DNA of 26,160 nucleotides from a virus (lineage: Duplodnaviria > Heunggongvirae > Uroviricota > Caudoviricetes). Position 1 is the stretch's first letter. Every line of letters starts with the position of its first letter. A program made the position numbers and the translations under genes. The DNA lies in IMG/VR virus record IMGVR_UViG_2657245132_000008, positions 1 through 26,160 of that record. The stretch is one strand, 5' to 3'. Of the stretch, positions 7,922 to 16,765 are shown piece by piece. Under the pieces are notes generated by a model. That model ran no database searches, had not been told where the DNA came from, and was given only the letters and a program-made list of their open reading frames with translations.

Positions 7922-9029
7922 CACCTCTGCTATTTTTCTCTGCTATTTCAGAACCTATAAGCTTAATATGTTTATTGATTCTTCGTGCTACTTCATGGGC
8001 CTGTCTATCATACTCTACCGTGGCAACCATGCCTGCTGCATCTATCAAAGCTGCTTCAACTTGATAAAGTAACTGGAGAAAGTCCTTAGTAATATCAGAT
8101 GTCAATTGATAGGCAACTGCGAGTGGAGCCCCCATTCGGAATTGCTCCAATGCCTTAGGGCTACTTACAACAGCAGCTAATTCTCTTAAATTACGTGATT
8201 CTCCTACACGAGTTTTTTTATCCTCGCCTTTTTTATATAACCATTCAGTTAGTTCTTTTATTTCTTTGTTCTTTAAACTCTTAGAATTGATGATAGGATG
8301 ACTTGGTATTGTGTCTCCATCGTCTTCGATTGAAACTCCGACAAACTGGCCTAACCGCTCATCAGCAAGTGCTGTTGATAATACTGAAAATTTAATCGTT
8401 TCTTCATCTAGCTTTTCAATACCATAAAAATCATTTTTTTTAATGATTTCATACACCGCTAAAGCGTCTAGGTTACGCTTGATATGATCCCTACGACTGC
8501 CAATAGCTCTGGCAACCTCATAGTAGCGTAGCATTGGATCCAGATTTGCATTGGTATAATCAAAAAGCTGTTTAATATATCGAGCTTTTGATAAGGGTTC
8601 CCATTGTTTGACACCAGTAATATGTCTGAAACCAAGGTACGGAAGAATCTCTTCTCTTGTTTGGCGCTCAATGACAGGAACACGATCGACCGTATGTTTT
8701 GCATTTGATGCAATTTCTCGTAGTCGAGCACTTGGATTTTCACATAGTGTCGGATCGCGTAATAATTTGACCGCGGATAGGCGACGGTTTCCTTCAACTA
8801 CAATGTACTTCCCCGGCGCTCCACTATCAGGAATGACAATCAATGGTTCTCCAGGGAAAAAACCATTTTCCGCAATAGCACTCATTAGGTCTTCGATAGA
8901 TGTTGAGGTTGCTATGTAGTTAATCATTCCCAATTGGTCACGAGACACGCCTTCAGGAAGTCTTGGGTTTTCTGTGTCAAGTTCCAAATCATCTAGCGGA
9001 ACATAAAGTATTTCTGAATCAGCAATCAT
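7908..9029 (-). CDS. ParB/Srx-fold (DUF262/DndB/GmrS-like) domain protein (373 aa from ATG 9029), first gene of the cargo operon
   Basis: ATG at 9029 preceded by GGAGA with 5-nt spacer (track start 9068 is TTG). N-terminal segment PLIVIPDSGAPGKYIVVEGNRRLSAVKLL has the [ED]G-x-[RQ]-R-L arginine motif of the ParB N-terminal domain superfamily (codons ~8781-8796). The remainder is predicted helical and of unknown function. Confidence 0.75.
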   Translation of the reverse strand: MIADSEILYVPLDDLELDTENPRLPEGVSRDQLGMINYIATSTSIEDLMSAIAENGFFPGEPLIVIPDSGAPGKYIVVEGNRRLSAVKLLRDPTLCENPSARLREIASNAKHTVDRVPVIERQTREEILPYLGFRHITGVKQWEPLSKARYIKQLFDYTNANLDPMLRYYEVARAIGSRRDHIKRNLDALAVYEIIKKNDFYGIEKLDEETIKFSVLSTALADERLGQFVGVSIEDDGDTIPSHPIINSKSLKNKEIKELTEWLYKKGEDKKTRVGESRNLRELAAVVSSPKALEQFRMGAPLAVAYQLTSDITKDFLQLLYQVEAALIDAAGMVATVEYDRQAHEVARRINKHIKLIGSEIAEKNSRGDDDF

Positions 9030-9234
9030 CTGGATCTCCGTTGAACATGTCCACGAGAAGGAGCACAAAGTTATTTCATAACATGCAATATACTCATTCT
9101 GTAGCCATAAATGAATTATTCATGATGTAAGATTCGCGTTGATGTGCGTGAATTCGCAAGTAATTATACAGCAAGGTTTGATTGGGTATCGTCAGCACCA
9201 GTGCGGTTCCAACGTACTCATGCAACTGCATTAA

Positions 9235-9258
9235 AACCGCCCCATGAAGCGGGCGGGC
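9235..9258 (-). terminator. Hairpin plus T-run reading leftward, abutting cos (candidate insulator between the late operon and the cargo operon)
   Basis: On the minus strand CCGCCCGCTTCATGGGGCGG is followed by TTTT (~6-bp GC stem). Confidence 0.35.
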
Positions 9259-9274
9259 GAGGCGGGGAAAGCAC
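9256..9274. other. cos cohesive-end sequence (P2-type 19-nt cos core)
   Basis: GGCGAGGCGGGGAAAGCAC at ~9256-9274 matches the P2 19-nt cohesive end as I recall it, and sits between the cargo island and Q exactly where P2 cos lies. GT-rich repeats follow at 9280-9410. Confidence 0.6.
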
Positions 9275-9416
9275 TGCGCGCTGGCGGTGGTGCTGATTTT
9301 ATTTTTTCAGCGTCTGAGCGCGTCGTGATGGCGTTTAGAGTGTGCGCCGGGGCGTTGGTGTGTCTGCGGGGTGTTTTGTGCGGTGGTGAGCGTTTGAGGG
9401 TGTGATGACGGGGTGT

Positions 9417-9438
9417 AAAAAAGCCGCCCGCAGGCGGC
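9417..9438 (-). terminator. Rho-independent terminator of the leftward Q-P operon
   Basis: Minus strand reads GCCGCC-TGCG-GGCGGC followed by TTTTTT, immediately 3' of the Q stop (9444). Confidence 0.6.
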
Positions 9439-9443
9439 GATGT

Positions 9444-10478
9444 TCAGCCGTTGTCAGTGTCCAGTGAGTAGTTTTTAAAGCGGATGACCTCCTGACCGAG
9501 CCAGCCGTTTATTTCCCGAATCCTGTCCTGTAACGGGATAAGCTCATTGCGGACAAAGACCTTTGCCACTTTCTCAATATCACCCAGCGACCCGACGTTC
9601 TCCGGCTTGCCGCCCATCAACTGAAAGGGGATGCGGTGCGCGTCCAGCAGGTCAGCGGCGCTGGCTTTTTTGATATTAAAAAAATCGTCCTTCGTTGCGA
9701 CTTCACTGAGCGGGATAATTTTAATGCCGTCGGCTTTCCCCTGTGGGGCATAGAGAAACAGATTTTTAAAGTTGTTGCGGCCTTTCGACTTCACCATGTT
9801 TTCGCGGAGCATTTCGATATCGTTGCGATCCTGCACGGCATCAGTGACGTACATGATGTATCCGGCATGTGCGCCGTTTTCGTAATACTTGCGGCGGAAC
9901 AGCGTGGCCGACTCATTCAGCCAGGCAGAGTTAAGGGCGCTGAGATATTCCGGCAGGCCGTACAACTCCTGATTAATATCCGGCTCCAGCAGGTGAAACA
10001 CGGAGCCGGGCGCGAAGGCTGTCGGTTCGTTGAAGGACGGCACCCACCAGTAAACATCCTCTTCCACCCCACGGCGGGTATATTTTGCCGGTGAGGTTTC
10101 CAGTCTGATGACCTTACCGGTGGTGCTGTAACGCTTTTCCAGAAACGCATTACCGAACACCAGAAAATCCAGCACAAAGCGGCTGAAATCCTGTTGTGAA
10201 AGCCACGGATGCGGGATAAATGTCGAGGCCAGAATATTACGTTTGACGTAAATCGGTGAGCTGTGATGTACGGCAGCACGCAGGCTTTTTGCCAGACCGG
10301 TAAAGCTGACCGGTGGCTCATACCATCTGCCGTTACTGATGCACTCGACGTAATCCAGAATGTCACGGCGGTCGAGTACCGGCACCGGCTCACCAAAGGT
10401 GAATGCCTCCATTTTCGGGGCGCTGGCGGTCATTGTTTTTGCCGCAGGTTGCGGTGTTTTCCCTTTTTTCTTGCTCAT
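9444..10478 (-). CDS. Q: Portal protein gpQ (344 aa)
   Basis: Size identical to P2 Q (344 aa, from memory); adjacent to cos; start codon overlaps the stop of P. Confidence 0.85.
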   Translation of the reverse strand: MSKKKGKTPQPAAKTMTASAPKMEAFTFGEPVPVLDRRDILDYVECISNGRWYEPPVSFTGLAKSLRAAVHHSSPIYVKRNILASTFIPHPWLSQQDFSRFVLDFLVFGNAFLEKRYSTTGKVIRLETSPAKYTRRGVEEDVYWWVPSFNEPTAFAPGSVFHLLEPDINQELYGLPEYLSALNSAWLNESATLFRRKYYENGAHAGYIMYVTDAVQDRNDIEMLRENMVKSKGRNNFKNLFLYAPQGKADGIKIIPLSEVATKDDFFNIKKASAADLLDAHRIPFQLMGGKPENVGSLGDIEKVAKVFVRNELIPLQDRIREINGWLGQEVIRFKNYSLDTDNG

Positions 10479-12250
10479 CAGTAAAACTCCAGAATGGTGG
10501 ATGTCAGCGGGGTGCTGATACCGGCGGTGAGTGGCTCATTTAACAGGGCGTGCATGGTCGCCCAGGCGAGGTCGGCGTGGCTGGCTTCCTCGCTGCGGCT
10601 GGCCTCATAGGTGGCACTGCGTCCGCTGCTGGTCATGGTCTTGCGGATAGCCATAAACGAGCTGGTGATGTCGGTGGCGCTGACGTCATATTCCAGACAG
10701 CCACGGCGGATAACGTCTTTTGCCTTGAGCACCATTGCGGTTTTCATTTCCGGCGTGTAGCGGATGTCGCGCGCGGCAGGATAGAACGAGCGCACGAGCT
10801 GGAACACGCCGACACCGAGGCCGGTGGCATCAATACCGATGTATTCGACGTTGTATTTTTCGGTGAGTTTGCGGATGGATTCCGCCTGGGTGGCAAAGTC
10901 CATGCCTTTCCACTGGTGACGCTCAAGTATTCTGAATTTGCCACCGGCAACCACCGGCGGTGCCAGTACCACGCATCCGGCGCTGTCGCCACGGTGTGAC
11001 GGGTCGTAACCAATCCAGACCGGGCGTGAGCCGAACGGATTGGCGGCAAACGGCGCATAGTCTTCCCATTCTTCCAGCGTGTCGACCATGCAGCGTTGCA
11101 ACTCCTCGAACGGGAACACCGACGCCTTGTCGTCAACAAATTCACACATGAACAGGTTTTTAAAATCGTCGGCGCTGTTTTCGCGTTTGAGCTGCTCAAT
11201 GTCGAACAGCGTGCAGCCGCCTTTCAGGGCGTCCTCAATGGTGACAATCTGCCGCCACTGGCCGTCCGCACAGAGAAGACCTCCGGCAAGTGCGTTATGA
11301 CTGACGTCGATTTCCACGCGTTCAGCGGCGCTGGCGCGTCCCCGGTTAAACAGTTCACCCGACCAGAACGGGTAGGCGTCGTGCGCCAGTGTGGACGGGG
11401 TGGAGAAATAGGTCGAACGCAGGTGACTCTGTGAGGCCATACCTGATGCCACCTTACGCAGTACCTGAAAATTCGGGATCCAGAAAATCTCATCGACGTA
11501 CAGGTCGCCGTTATGGCTCTGCGCGGTGTTGGAGTTGGTGCCGAGAAAAATCAGTTTTGCGCCGTTATTGCCCAGGACAATCGGGTCACCGGTCAGGTCA
11601 ACGTCAACCAGACGGGCAAAGGCGATGATGTATTCGCGGAACACATACGCCTGCGTTTTACTGGCCGACAGAAAAATCTGGTTATGGCCGGTTTTCAGGG
11701 CGCGCAGCAGCGCCTCGCGGGAAAAATAAAACGTTGCGCCAATCTGGCGGGATTTCAGGATATCGCGGATGCGGTGCTCAAGCCCGGCGCGATACCAGTG
11801 CAACTGATAGTCGAAAGACTGCTCAAAGAAAATCTGCTCCAGCTTTTCGATGGCTTCGTCGCTGAAAAAATTCTTTTTCGGTTTGCGACGCCCGCCTTTG
11901 TTGCGGTTAGCGACGTTCGGATTAAGGTCTGCCTCGTTGCCGGTCTGACTGTAACGGTTGACCCGTGCCAGCCGTTCAATCTGGCGTCCGAGCAGGTCAA
12001 TTTCCTTGAAGTCACCGCCGGTTTTCTGCGGTTTGATGATGAGCTGGGTCAGCCGCGCTTCCAGACTCATTTCGACACGGCTGATGGGGGCAACGCTGTC
12101 CCAGCCGTCGCGCTGTTTCCAGCTCTGCACCGTCGGGCGTTTCATCTGCAACATGGCGGCAATCTGCGGCACGGAAAACCCCTGCCAGTACAGCAGCGCC
12201 GCCTGACGACGCGGGTCGTGTAAAAGAGTGGTGTCTGTGGTGATGGTCAT
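10478..12250 (-). CDS. P: Terminase large subunit gpP (590 aa from ATG 12250)
   Basis: Internal ATG (MTITTD...) gives 590 aa, the size of P2 P (from memory); divergent from O as in P2. Confidence 0.85.
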   Translation of the reverse strand: MTITTDTTLLHDPRRQAALLYWQGFSVPQIAAMLQMKRPTVQSWKQRDGWDSVAPISRVEMSLEARLTQLIIKPQKTGGDFKEIDLLGRQIERLARVNRYSQTGNEADLNPNVANRNKGGRRKPKKNFFSDEAIEKLEQIFFEQSFDYQLHWYRAGLEHRIRDILKSRQIGATFYFSREALLRALKTGHNQIFLSASKTQAYVFREYIIAFARLVDVDLTGDPIVLGNNGAKLIFLGTNSNTAQSHNGDLYVDEIFWIPNFQVLRKVASGMASQSHLRSTYFSTPSTLAHDAYPFWSGELFNRGRASAAERVEIDVSHNALAGGLLCADGQWRQIVTIEDALKGGCTLFDIEQLKRENSADDFKNLFMCEFVDDKASVFPFEELQRCMVDTLEEWEDYAPFAANPFGSRPVWIGYDPSHRGDSAGCVVLAPPVVAGGKFRILERHQWKGMDFATQAESIRKLTEKYNVEYIGIDATGLGVGVFQLVRSFYPAARDIRYTPEMKTAMVLKAKDVIRRGCLEYDVSATDITSSFMAIRKTMTSSGRSATYEASRSEEASHADLAWATMHALLNEPLTAGISTPLTSTILEFY

Positions 12251-12423
12251 GAATACCTCGCCGTGATGAATACACGGCAAGGCTACTGAGTCGCGCCCCG
12301 CGATTCGCTAAGGTGCTGTTGTGTCAGTGATAAGCCATCCGGGACTGATGGCGGAGGATGCGCATCGTCGGGAAACTGATGCCGACATGTGACTCCTCTA
12401 ATCACTATTCAGGACTCCTGACA
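12251..12423. promoter_or_regulatory. Divergent late-promoter region (P2 PP/PO equivalent)
   Basis: Intergenic region between divergent P and O. In P2 this holds the Ogr-dependent late promoters. Assigned by position only; I could not find a clean TGT-N12-ACA Ogr dyad by eye. Confidence 0.35.
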
Positions 12424-13278
12424 ATGGCAAAAAAAGTCTCAAAATTCTTTCGTATCGGCGTTGAGGGTGACACCTGTGACGGGCGTGTCATCAGTGCGCA
12501 GGATATTCAGGAAATGGCTGAAACCTTTGACCCGCGCGTCTATGGTTGCCGCATTAACCTGGAACATCTGCGCGGCATCCTGCCTGACGGTATTTTTAAA
12601 CGTTATGGCGATGTGGTTGAACTGAAGGCCGAAAAGATTGATGACGATTCGGCGCTGAAAGGCAAATGGGCGCTGTTTGCGAAAATCACCCCGACCGATG
12701 ACCTTATCGCGATGAACAAGGCCGCGCAGAAGGTCTATACCTCAATGGAAATTCAGCCGAACTTTGCCAATACCGGCAAATGTTATCTGGTGGGTCTGGC
12801 CGTCACCGATGACCCGGCAAGCCTCGGCACGGAATACCTGGAATTCTGCCGCACGGCAAAACACAACCCCCTGAACCGCTTCAAATTAAGCCCTGAAAAC
12901 CTGATTTCAGTGGCAACGCCTGTTGAGCTGGAATTTGAAGACCTGCCTGAAACAGTGTTCACCGTCCTGACCGAAAAGGTGAAGTCCATTTTTGGCCGCA
13001 AACAGGCCAGCGATGATGCCCGTCTGAATGACGTGCATGAAGCGGTGACCGCTGTTGCTGAACATGTGCAGGAAAAACTGAGCGCCACTGAGCAGCGCCT
13101 CGCTGAGATGGAAACCGCCTTTTCCGCACTTAAGCAGGAGGTGACTGACAGGGCGGATGAAACCAGCCAGGCATTCACCCGCCTGAAAAACAGTCTCGAC
13201 CACACCGAAAGTCTGACCCAGCAGCGCCGCAGCAAGGCCACCGGTGGTGGCGGTGACGCCCTGATGACGAACTGCTGA
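12424..13278 (+). CDS. O: Capsid scaffolding protein gpO (284 aa from ATG 12424)
   Basis: Internal ATG (MAKKVSKFF...) gives 284 aa, matching P2 O (from memory); C-terminal coiled-coil-like region. Confidence 0.85.
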   Translation: MAKKVSKFFRIGVEGDTCDGRVISAQDIQEMAETFDPRVYGCRINLEHLRGILPDGIFKRYGDVVELKAEKIDDDSALKGKWALFAKITPTDDLIAMNKAAQKVYTSMEIQPNFANTGKCYLVGLAVTDDPASLGTEYLEFCRTAKHNPLNRFKLSPENLISVATPVELEFEDLPETVFTVLTEKVKSIFGRKQASDDARLNDVHEAVTAVAEHVQEKLSATEQRLAEMETAFSALKQEVTDRADETSQAFTRLKNSLDHTESLTQQRRSKATGGGGDALMTNC

Positions 13279-13336
13279 CCGGCGTCAGTCAGTCCGGGAA
13301 AACCTTCACGATTAACCCTTAATTTCAGGAAAAACT

Positions 13337-14410
13337 ATGCGCCAGGAAACCCGCTTTAAATTTAATGCCTACCTGTCCCGTGTTGCCGAGCTGAACGGCA
13401 TCGACGCCGGTGATGTGTCGAAAAAATTCACCGTTGAACCGTCGGTCACCCAGACCCTGATGAACACCATGCAGGAGTCCTCTGACTTTCTGACCCGCAT
13501 CAACATTGTGCCGGTCAGCGAAATGAAAGGGGAAAAAATTGGTATCGGTGTCACCGGCTCCATCGCCAGCACCACCGACACCGCCGGTGGCACCGAGCGT
13601 CAGCCGAAGGACTTCTCGAAGCTGGCGTCTAACAAGTACGAATGCGACCAGATTAACTTCGATTTTTATATCCGCTACAAAACGCTGGACCTGTGGGCGC
13701 GTTATCAGGATTTCCAGCTCCGTATCCGTAACGCCATTATCAAACGCCAGTCCCTTGATTTCATCATGGCCGGTTTTAACGGCGTGAAGCGTGCAGAAAC
13801 CTCTGACCGCAACAGTAATCCGATGTTGCAGGATGTGGCGGTCGGCTGGCTGCAGAAATACCGCAATGAAGCCCCGGCGCGTGTGATGAGCAAGGTCACT
13901 GACGAGGAAGGTCACACGACCTCTGAGGTCATCCGCGTGGGTAAGGGCGGTGATTATGCCAGCCTTGATGCACTGGTGATGGATGCGACCAACAACCTGA
14001 TTGAACCGTGGTATCAGGAAGACCCTGACCTTGTGGTGATTGTGGGGCGTCAGCTACTGGCGGACAAGTATTTCCCCATCGTTAACAAGGAGCAGGACAA
14101 CAGCGAAATGCTGGCCGCTGACGTCATCATCAGCCAGAAACGCATCGGTAACCTGCCGGCGGTACGCGTCCCGTACTTCCCGGCGGATGCGATGCTCATC
14201 ACGAAGCTGGAAAACCTGTCCATCTACTACATGGATGACAGCCATCGCCGCGTGATTGTGGAAAACCCGAAACTCGACCGCGTGGAGAACTACGAGTCAA
14301 TGAACATTGATTACGTGGTGGAAGACTACGCCGCCGGTTGTCTGGTGGAAAAAATTAAGGTCGGTGATTTCTCCACACCGGCTAAGGCGACCGCAGAGCC
14401 GGGAGCGTAA
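13337..14410 (+). CDS. N: Major capsid protein gpN (357 aa)
   Basis: ATG at 13337 with CAGGA RBS; size identical to P2 N (357 aa, from memory); position O-N-M. Confidence 0.9.
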   Translation: MRQETRFKFNAYLSRVAELNGIDAGDVSKKFTVEPSVTQTLMNTMQESSDFLTRINIVPVSEMKGEKIGIGVTGSIASTTDTAGGTERQPKDFSKLASNKYECDQINFDFYIRYKTLDLWARYQDFQLRIRNAIIKRQSLDFIMAGFNGVKRAETSDRNSNPMLQDVAVGWLQKYRNEAPARVMSKVTDEEGHTTSEVIRVGKGGDYASLDALVMDATNNLIEPWYQEDPDLVVIVGRQLLADKYFPIVNKEQDNSEMLAADVIISQKRIGNLPAVRVPYFPADAMLITKLENLSIYYMDDSHRRVIVENPKLDRVENYESMNIDYVVEDYAAGCLVEKIKVGDFSTPAKATAEPGA

Positions 14411-14413
14411 CCG

Positions 14414-15157
14414 ATGACGAGTCCCGCACAGCGCCACATGATGCGGGTCTCGGCAGCGATGACCGCGCAGCGGGAAGCCGCCCCGCTGCGACATGCAACT
14501 GTCTATGAGCAGATGCTGGTCAAGCTGGCCGCAGACCAGCGCACACTGAAAGCGATTTATTCAAAAGAGCTGAAGGCCGCGAAAAAGCGCGAACTGCTGC
14601 CGTTCTGGTTGCCGTGGGTGAACGGCGTGCTGGAGCAGGGCAAAGGCGCACAGGATGACATTCTGATGACGGTCATGCTGTGGCGTCTGGATACCGGCGA
14701 TATTGCCGGTGCGCTGGAGATTGCCCGTTATGCCCTGAAATACGGTCTGACCATGCCGGGTAAACACCGCCGCACCCCGCCGTATATGTTCACCGAGGAG
14801 GTCGCGCTCGCGGCCATGCGCGCCCACGCGGCCGGTGAGTCTGTGGATACCCGCCTGCTGACGGAGACCCTTGAACTGACTGCCGCTGCTGACATGCCTG
14901 ATGAAGTGCGCGCAAAGCTGCACAAAATCACCGGTCTGTTTCTGCGTGACGGTGGTGATGCCGCCGGTGCGCTGGCTCACCTGCAACGTGCGACACAGCT
15001 CGACTGTCAGGCAGGCGTCAAAAAAGAGATTGAACGACTGGAGCGGGAGCTGAAACCGAAGCCGGAGCCGCAGCCCAAAGCGGCCACCCGCGCCCCGCGT
15101 AAGATCCGGAGCGTGACACCGGCAAAACGTGGACGCCCGAAAAAGAAAGCCAGTTAA
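14414..15157 (+). CDS. M: Terminase small subunit gpM (247 aa)
   Basis: Size identical to P2 M (247 aa, from memory); basic C-terminal tail (RGRPKKKAS). Confidence 0.85.
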   Translation: MTSPAQRHMMRVSAAMTAQREAAPLRHATVYEQMLVKLAADQRTLKAIYSKELKAAKKRELLPFWLPWVNGVLEQGKGAQDDILMTVMLWRLDTGDIAGALEIARYALKYGLTMPGKHRRTPPYMFTEEVALAAMRAHAAGESVDTRLLTETLELTAAADMPDEVRAKLHKITGLFLRDGGDAAGALAHLQRATQLDCQAGVKKEIERLERELKPKPEPQPKAATRAPRKIRSVTPAKRGRPKKKAS

Positions 15158-15256
15158 CAACCGAATGCGCCCCGCGCCAGGGCGGCACGCCGGTCAGTGA
15201 GGGTGAATCACCTGACACTGCACCGGCGTCCACCGCCCGACTTTTCAGAGGTAGTC

Positions 15257-15766
15257 ATGATGACGCTGATTATTCCGCGAAAGGAGGCTCCCGTGTCCGG
15301 TGAGGGTACGGTGGTCATCCCGCAACCGGCAGGCGACGAGCCGGTGATTAAAAACACGTTCTTTTTTCCCGATATCGACCCGAAGCGCGTCCGGGAACGT
15401 ATGCGCCTTGAGCAGACCGTCGCCCCCGCCCGTCTGCGTGAGGCCATCAAGTCAGGCATGGCGGAGACGAATGCGGAGCTGTACGAGTACCGCGAACAGA
15501 AAATTGCCGCCGGTTTTACGCGTCTGGCGGACGTCCCGGCGGACGACATCGACGGTGAAAGCATCAAAGTTTTTTACTACGAGCGCGCCGTGTGTGCGAT
15601 GGCGACCGCGTCGCTTTATGAACGTTATCGCGGTGTGGATGCCAGTGCGAAAGGCGACAAGAAGGCCGACAGCATTGACAGCACCATTGATGAGCTGTGG
15701 CGGGATATGCGCTGGGCAGTGGCGCGTATCCAGGGCAAGCCGCGCTGCATCGTGAGTCAAATCTGA
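15257..15766 (+). CDS. L: Head completion protein gpL (169 aa from ATG 15257)
   Basis: Internal ATG with CAGAGG RBS gives 169 aa, matching P2 L (from memory). Confidence 0.8.
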   Translation: MMTLIIPRKEAPVSGEGTVVIPQPAGDEPVIKNTFFFPDIDPKRVRERMRLEQTVAPARLREAIKSGMAETNAELYEYREQKIAAGFTRLADVPADDIDGESIKVFYYERAVCAMATASLYERYRGVDASAKGDKKADSIDSTIDELWRDMRWAVARIQGKPRCIVSQI

Positions 15767-15969
15767 TGAAGACCTTTGCGCTACAGGGCGACACGCTCGA
15801 CGCCATTTGTGTCCGGTATTACGGGCGCACTGAGGGCGTGGTTGAGACCGTGCTCGCCGCAAATCCGGGACTGGCTGAACTGGGTGCGGTGCTGCCACAC
15901 GGCACCGCCGTCGAACTGCCCGACGTTCAGACCGCGCCCGTGGCTGAAACTGTCAATCTGTGGGAGTAA
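15766..15969 (+). CDS. X: Tail protein gpX (67 aa)
   Basis: ATG overlapping the L stop (CTGATGA) gives 67 aa, matching P2 X (from memory). Confidence 0.75.
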   Translation: MKTFALQGDTLDAICVRYYGRTEGVVETVLAANPGLAELGAVLPHGTAVELPDVQTAPVAETVNLWE

Positions 15970-15972
15970 CGC

Positions 15973-16254
15973 ATGACAGCAGAAGAAAAAAGCGTCCTGT
16001 CGCTTTTCATGATTGGGGTGCTGATTGTTGTCGGCAAGGTGCTTGCCGGTGGTGAACCCATCACCCCGCGTCTGTTTATCGGGCGCATGTTGCTCGGTGG
16101 TTTTGTCTCGATGGTTGCCGGTGTTGTTCTGGTGCAGTTTCCTGACCTGTCACTGCCTGCGGTGTGCGGTATCGGCTCCATGCTGGGTATCGCCGGTTAT
16201 CAGGTGATTGAGATTGCCATTCAGCGCCGTTTTAAGGGCAGGGGGAAACAGTAA
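15973..16254 (+). CDS. Y: Holin gpY (93 aa)
   Basis: Two to three hydrophobic transmembrane segments with a charged C-terminus (RRFKGRGKQ); size matches P2 Y (93 aa, from memory); directly upstream of the endolysin gene. Confidence 0.85.
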   Translation: MTAEEKSVLSLFMIGVLIVVGKVLAGGEPITPRLFIGRMLLGGFVSMVAGVVLVQFPDLSLPAVCGIGSMLGIAGYQVIEIAIQRRFKGRGKQ

Positions 16255-16751
16255 TGCCGGTAATTAACACGCATCAGAATATCGCTGCCTTTCTCGACAT
16301 GCTGGCCGTGTCCGAAGGGACGGCGAATCATCCGCTGACGAAAAACCGGGGCTATGACGTGATAGTCACCGGACTGGACGGGAAGCCGGAAATCTTCACC
16401 GACTACAGCGACCACCCGTTCGCGCATGGCCGACCGGCGAAGGTGTTTAACCGTCGCGGTGAAAAATCCACGGCCTCCGGTCGCTATCAGCAGCTTTACC
16501 TGTTCTGGCCGCATTACCGCAAACAGCTTGCCCTGCCGGATTTCAGTCCGTTGTCACAGGACAGACTCGCCATTCAGTTGATCCGCGAACGCGGTGCACT
16601 GGATGACATCCGGGCGGGACGCATTGAGCGCGCCATTTCACGCTGTCGCAATATCTGGGCGTCCCTGCCGGGTGCCGGTTACGGTCAGCGTGAGCATTCA
16701 CTGGAAAAACTGGTCACCGTCTGGCGTACCGCTGGCGGCGTACCGGCTTAA
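16254..16751 (+). CDS. K: Endolysin gpK (165 aa; lysozyme / lytic transglycosylase family)
   Basis: ATG overlaps the Y stop (TAATG); size matches P2 K (165 aa, from memory); sits in the lysis cassette. Confidence 0.85.
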   Translation: MPVINTHQNIAAFLDMLAVSEGTANHPLTKNRGYDVIVTGLDGKPEIFTDYSDHPFAHGRPAKVFNRRGEKSTASGRYQQLYLFWPHYRKQLALPDFSPLSQDRLAIQLIRERGALDDIRAGRIERAISRCRNIWASLPGAGYGQREHSLEKLVTVWRTAGGVPA

Positions 16752-16765
16752 ACGGAGTAAACACC

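Noticed and set aside
7440-8919. + strand ORFs 7440-7838 (132 aa) and 8608-8919 (103 aa) inside the cargo operon
   Set aside because: Antisense to two long, translationally coupled minus-strand genes; translations are Ser/Leu-rich low complexity with no start context.
9917-10396. 159-aa minus-strand ORF in an alternative frame within portal gene Q
   Set aside because: Fully embedded in Q in another frame with no independent signals; product is Arg/Ser/Cys-rich, typical of out-of-frame translation.
11513-12223. 236-aa + strand ORF inside the terminase large subunit gene
   Set aside because: Antisense to a well-supported 590-aa gene in GC-rich DNA, where long spurious open frames are common. 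No RBS or start context, and it would break P2 synteny.
13325-13915. 196-aa minus-strand ORF inside the major capsid gene N
   Set aside because: Antisense artefact of GC-rich coding DNA; N is supported on the + strand by exact size match and RBS.
14561-15160. 199-aa minus-strand ORF inside terminase small subunit gene M
   Set aside because: Same reasoning: antisense open frame in GC-rich sequence with an Arg/Gly/Leu-heavy, low-complexity translation.
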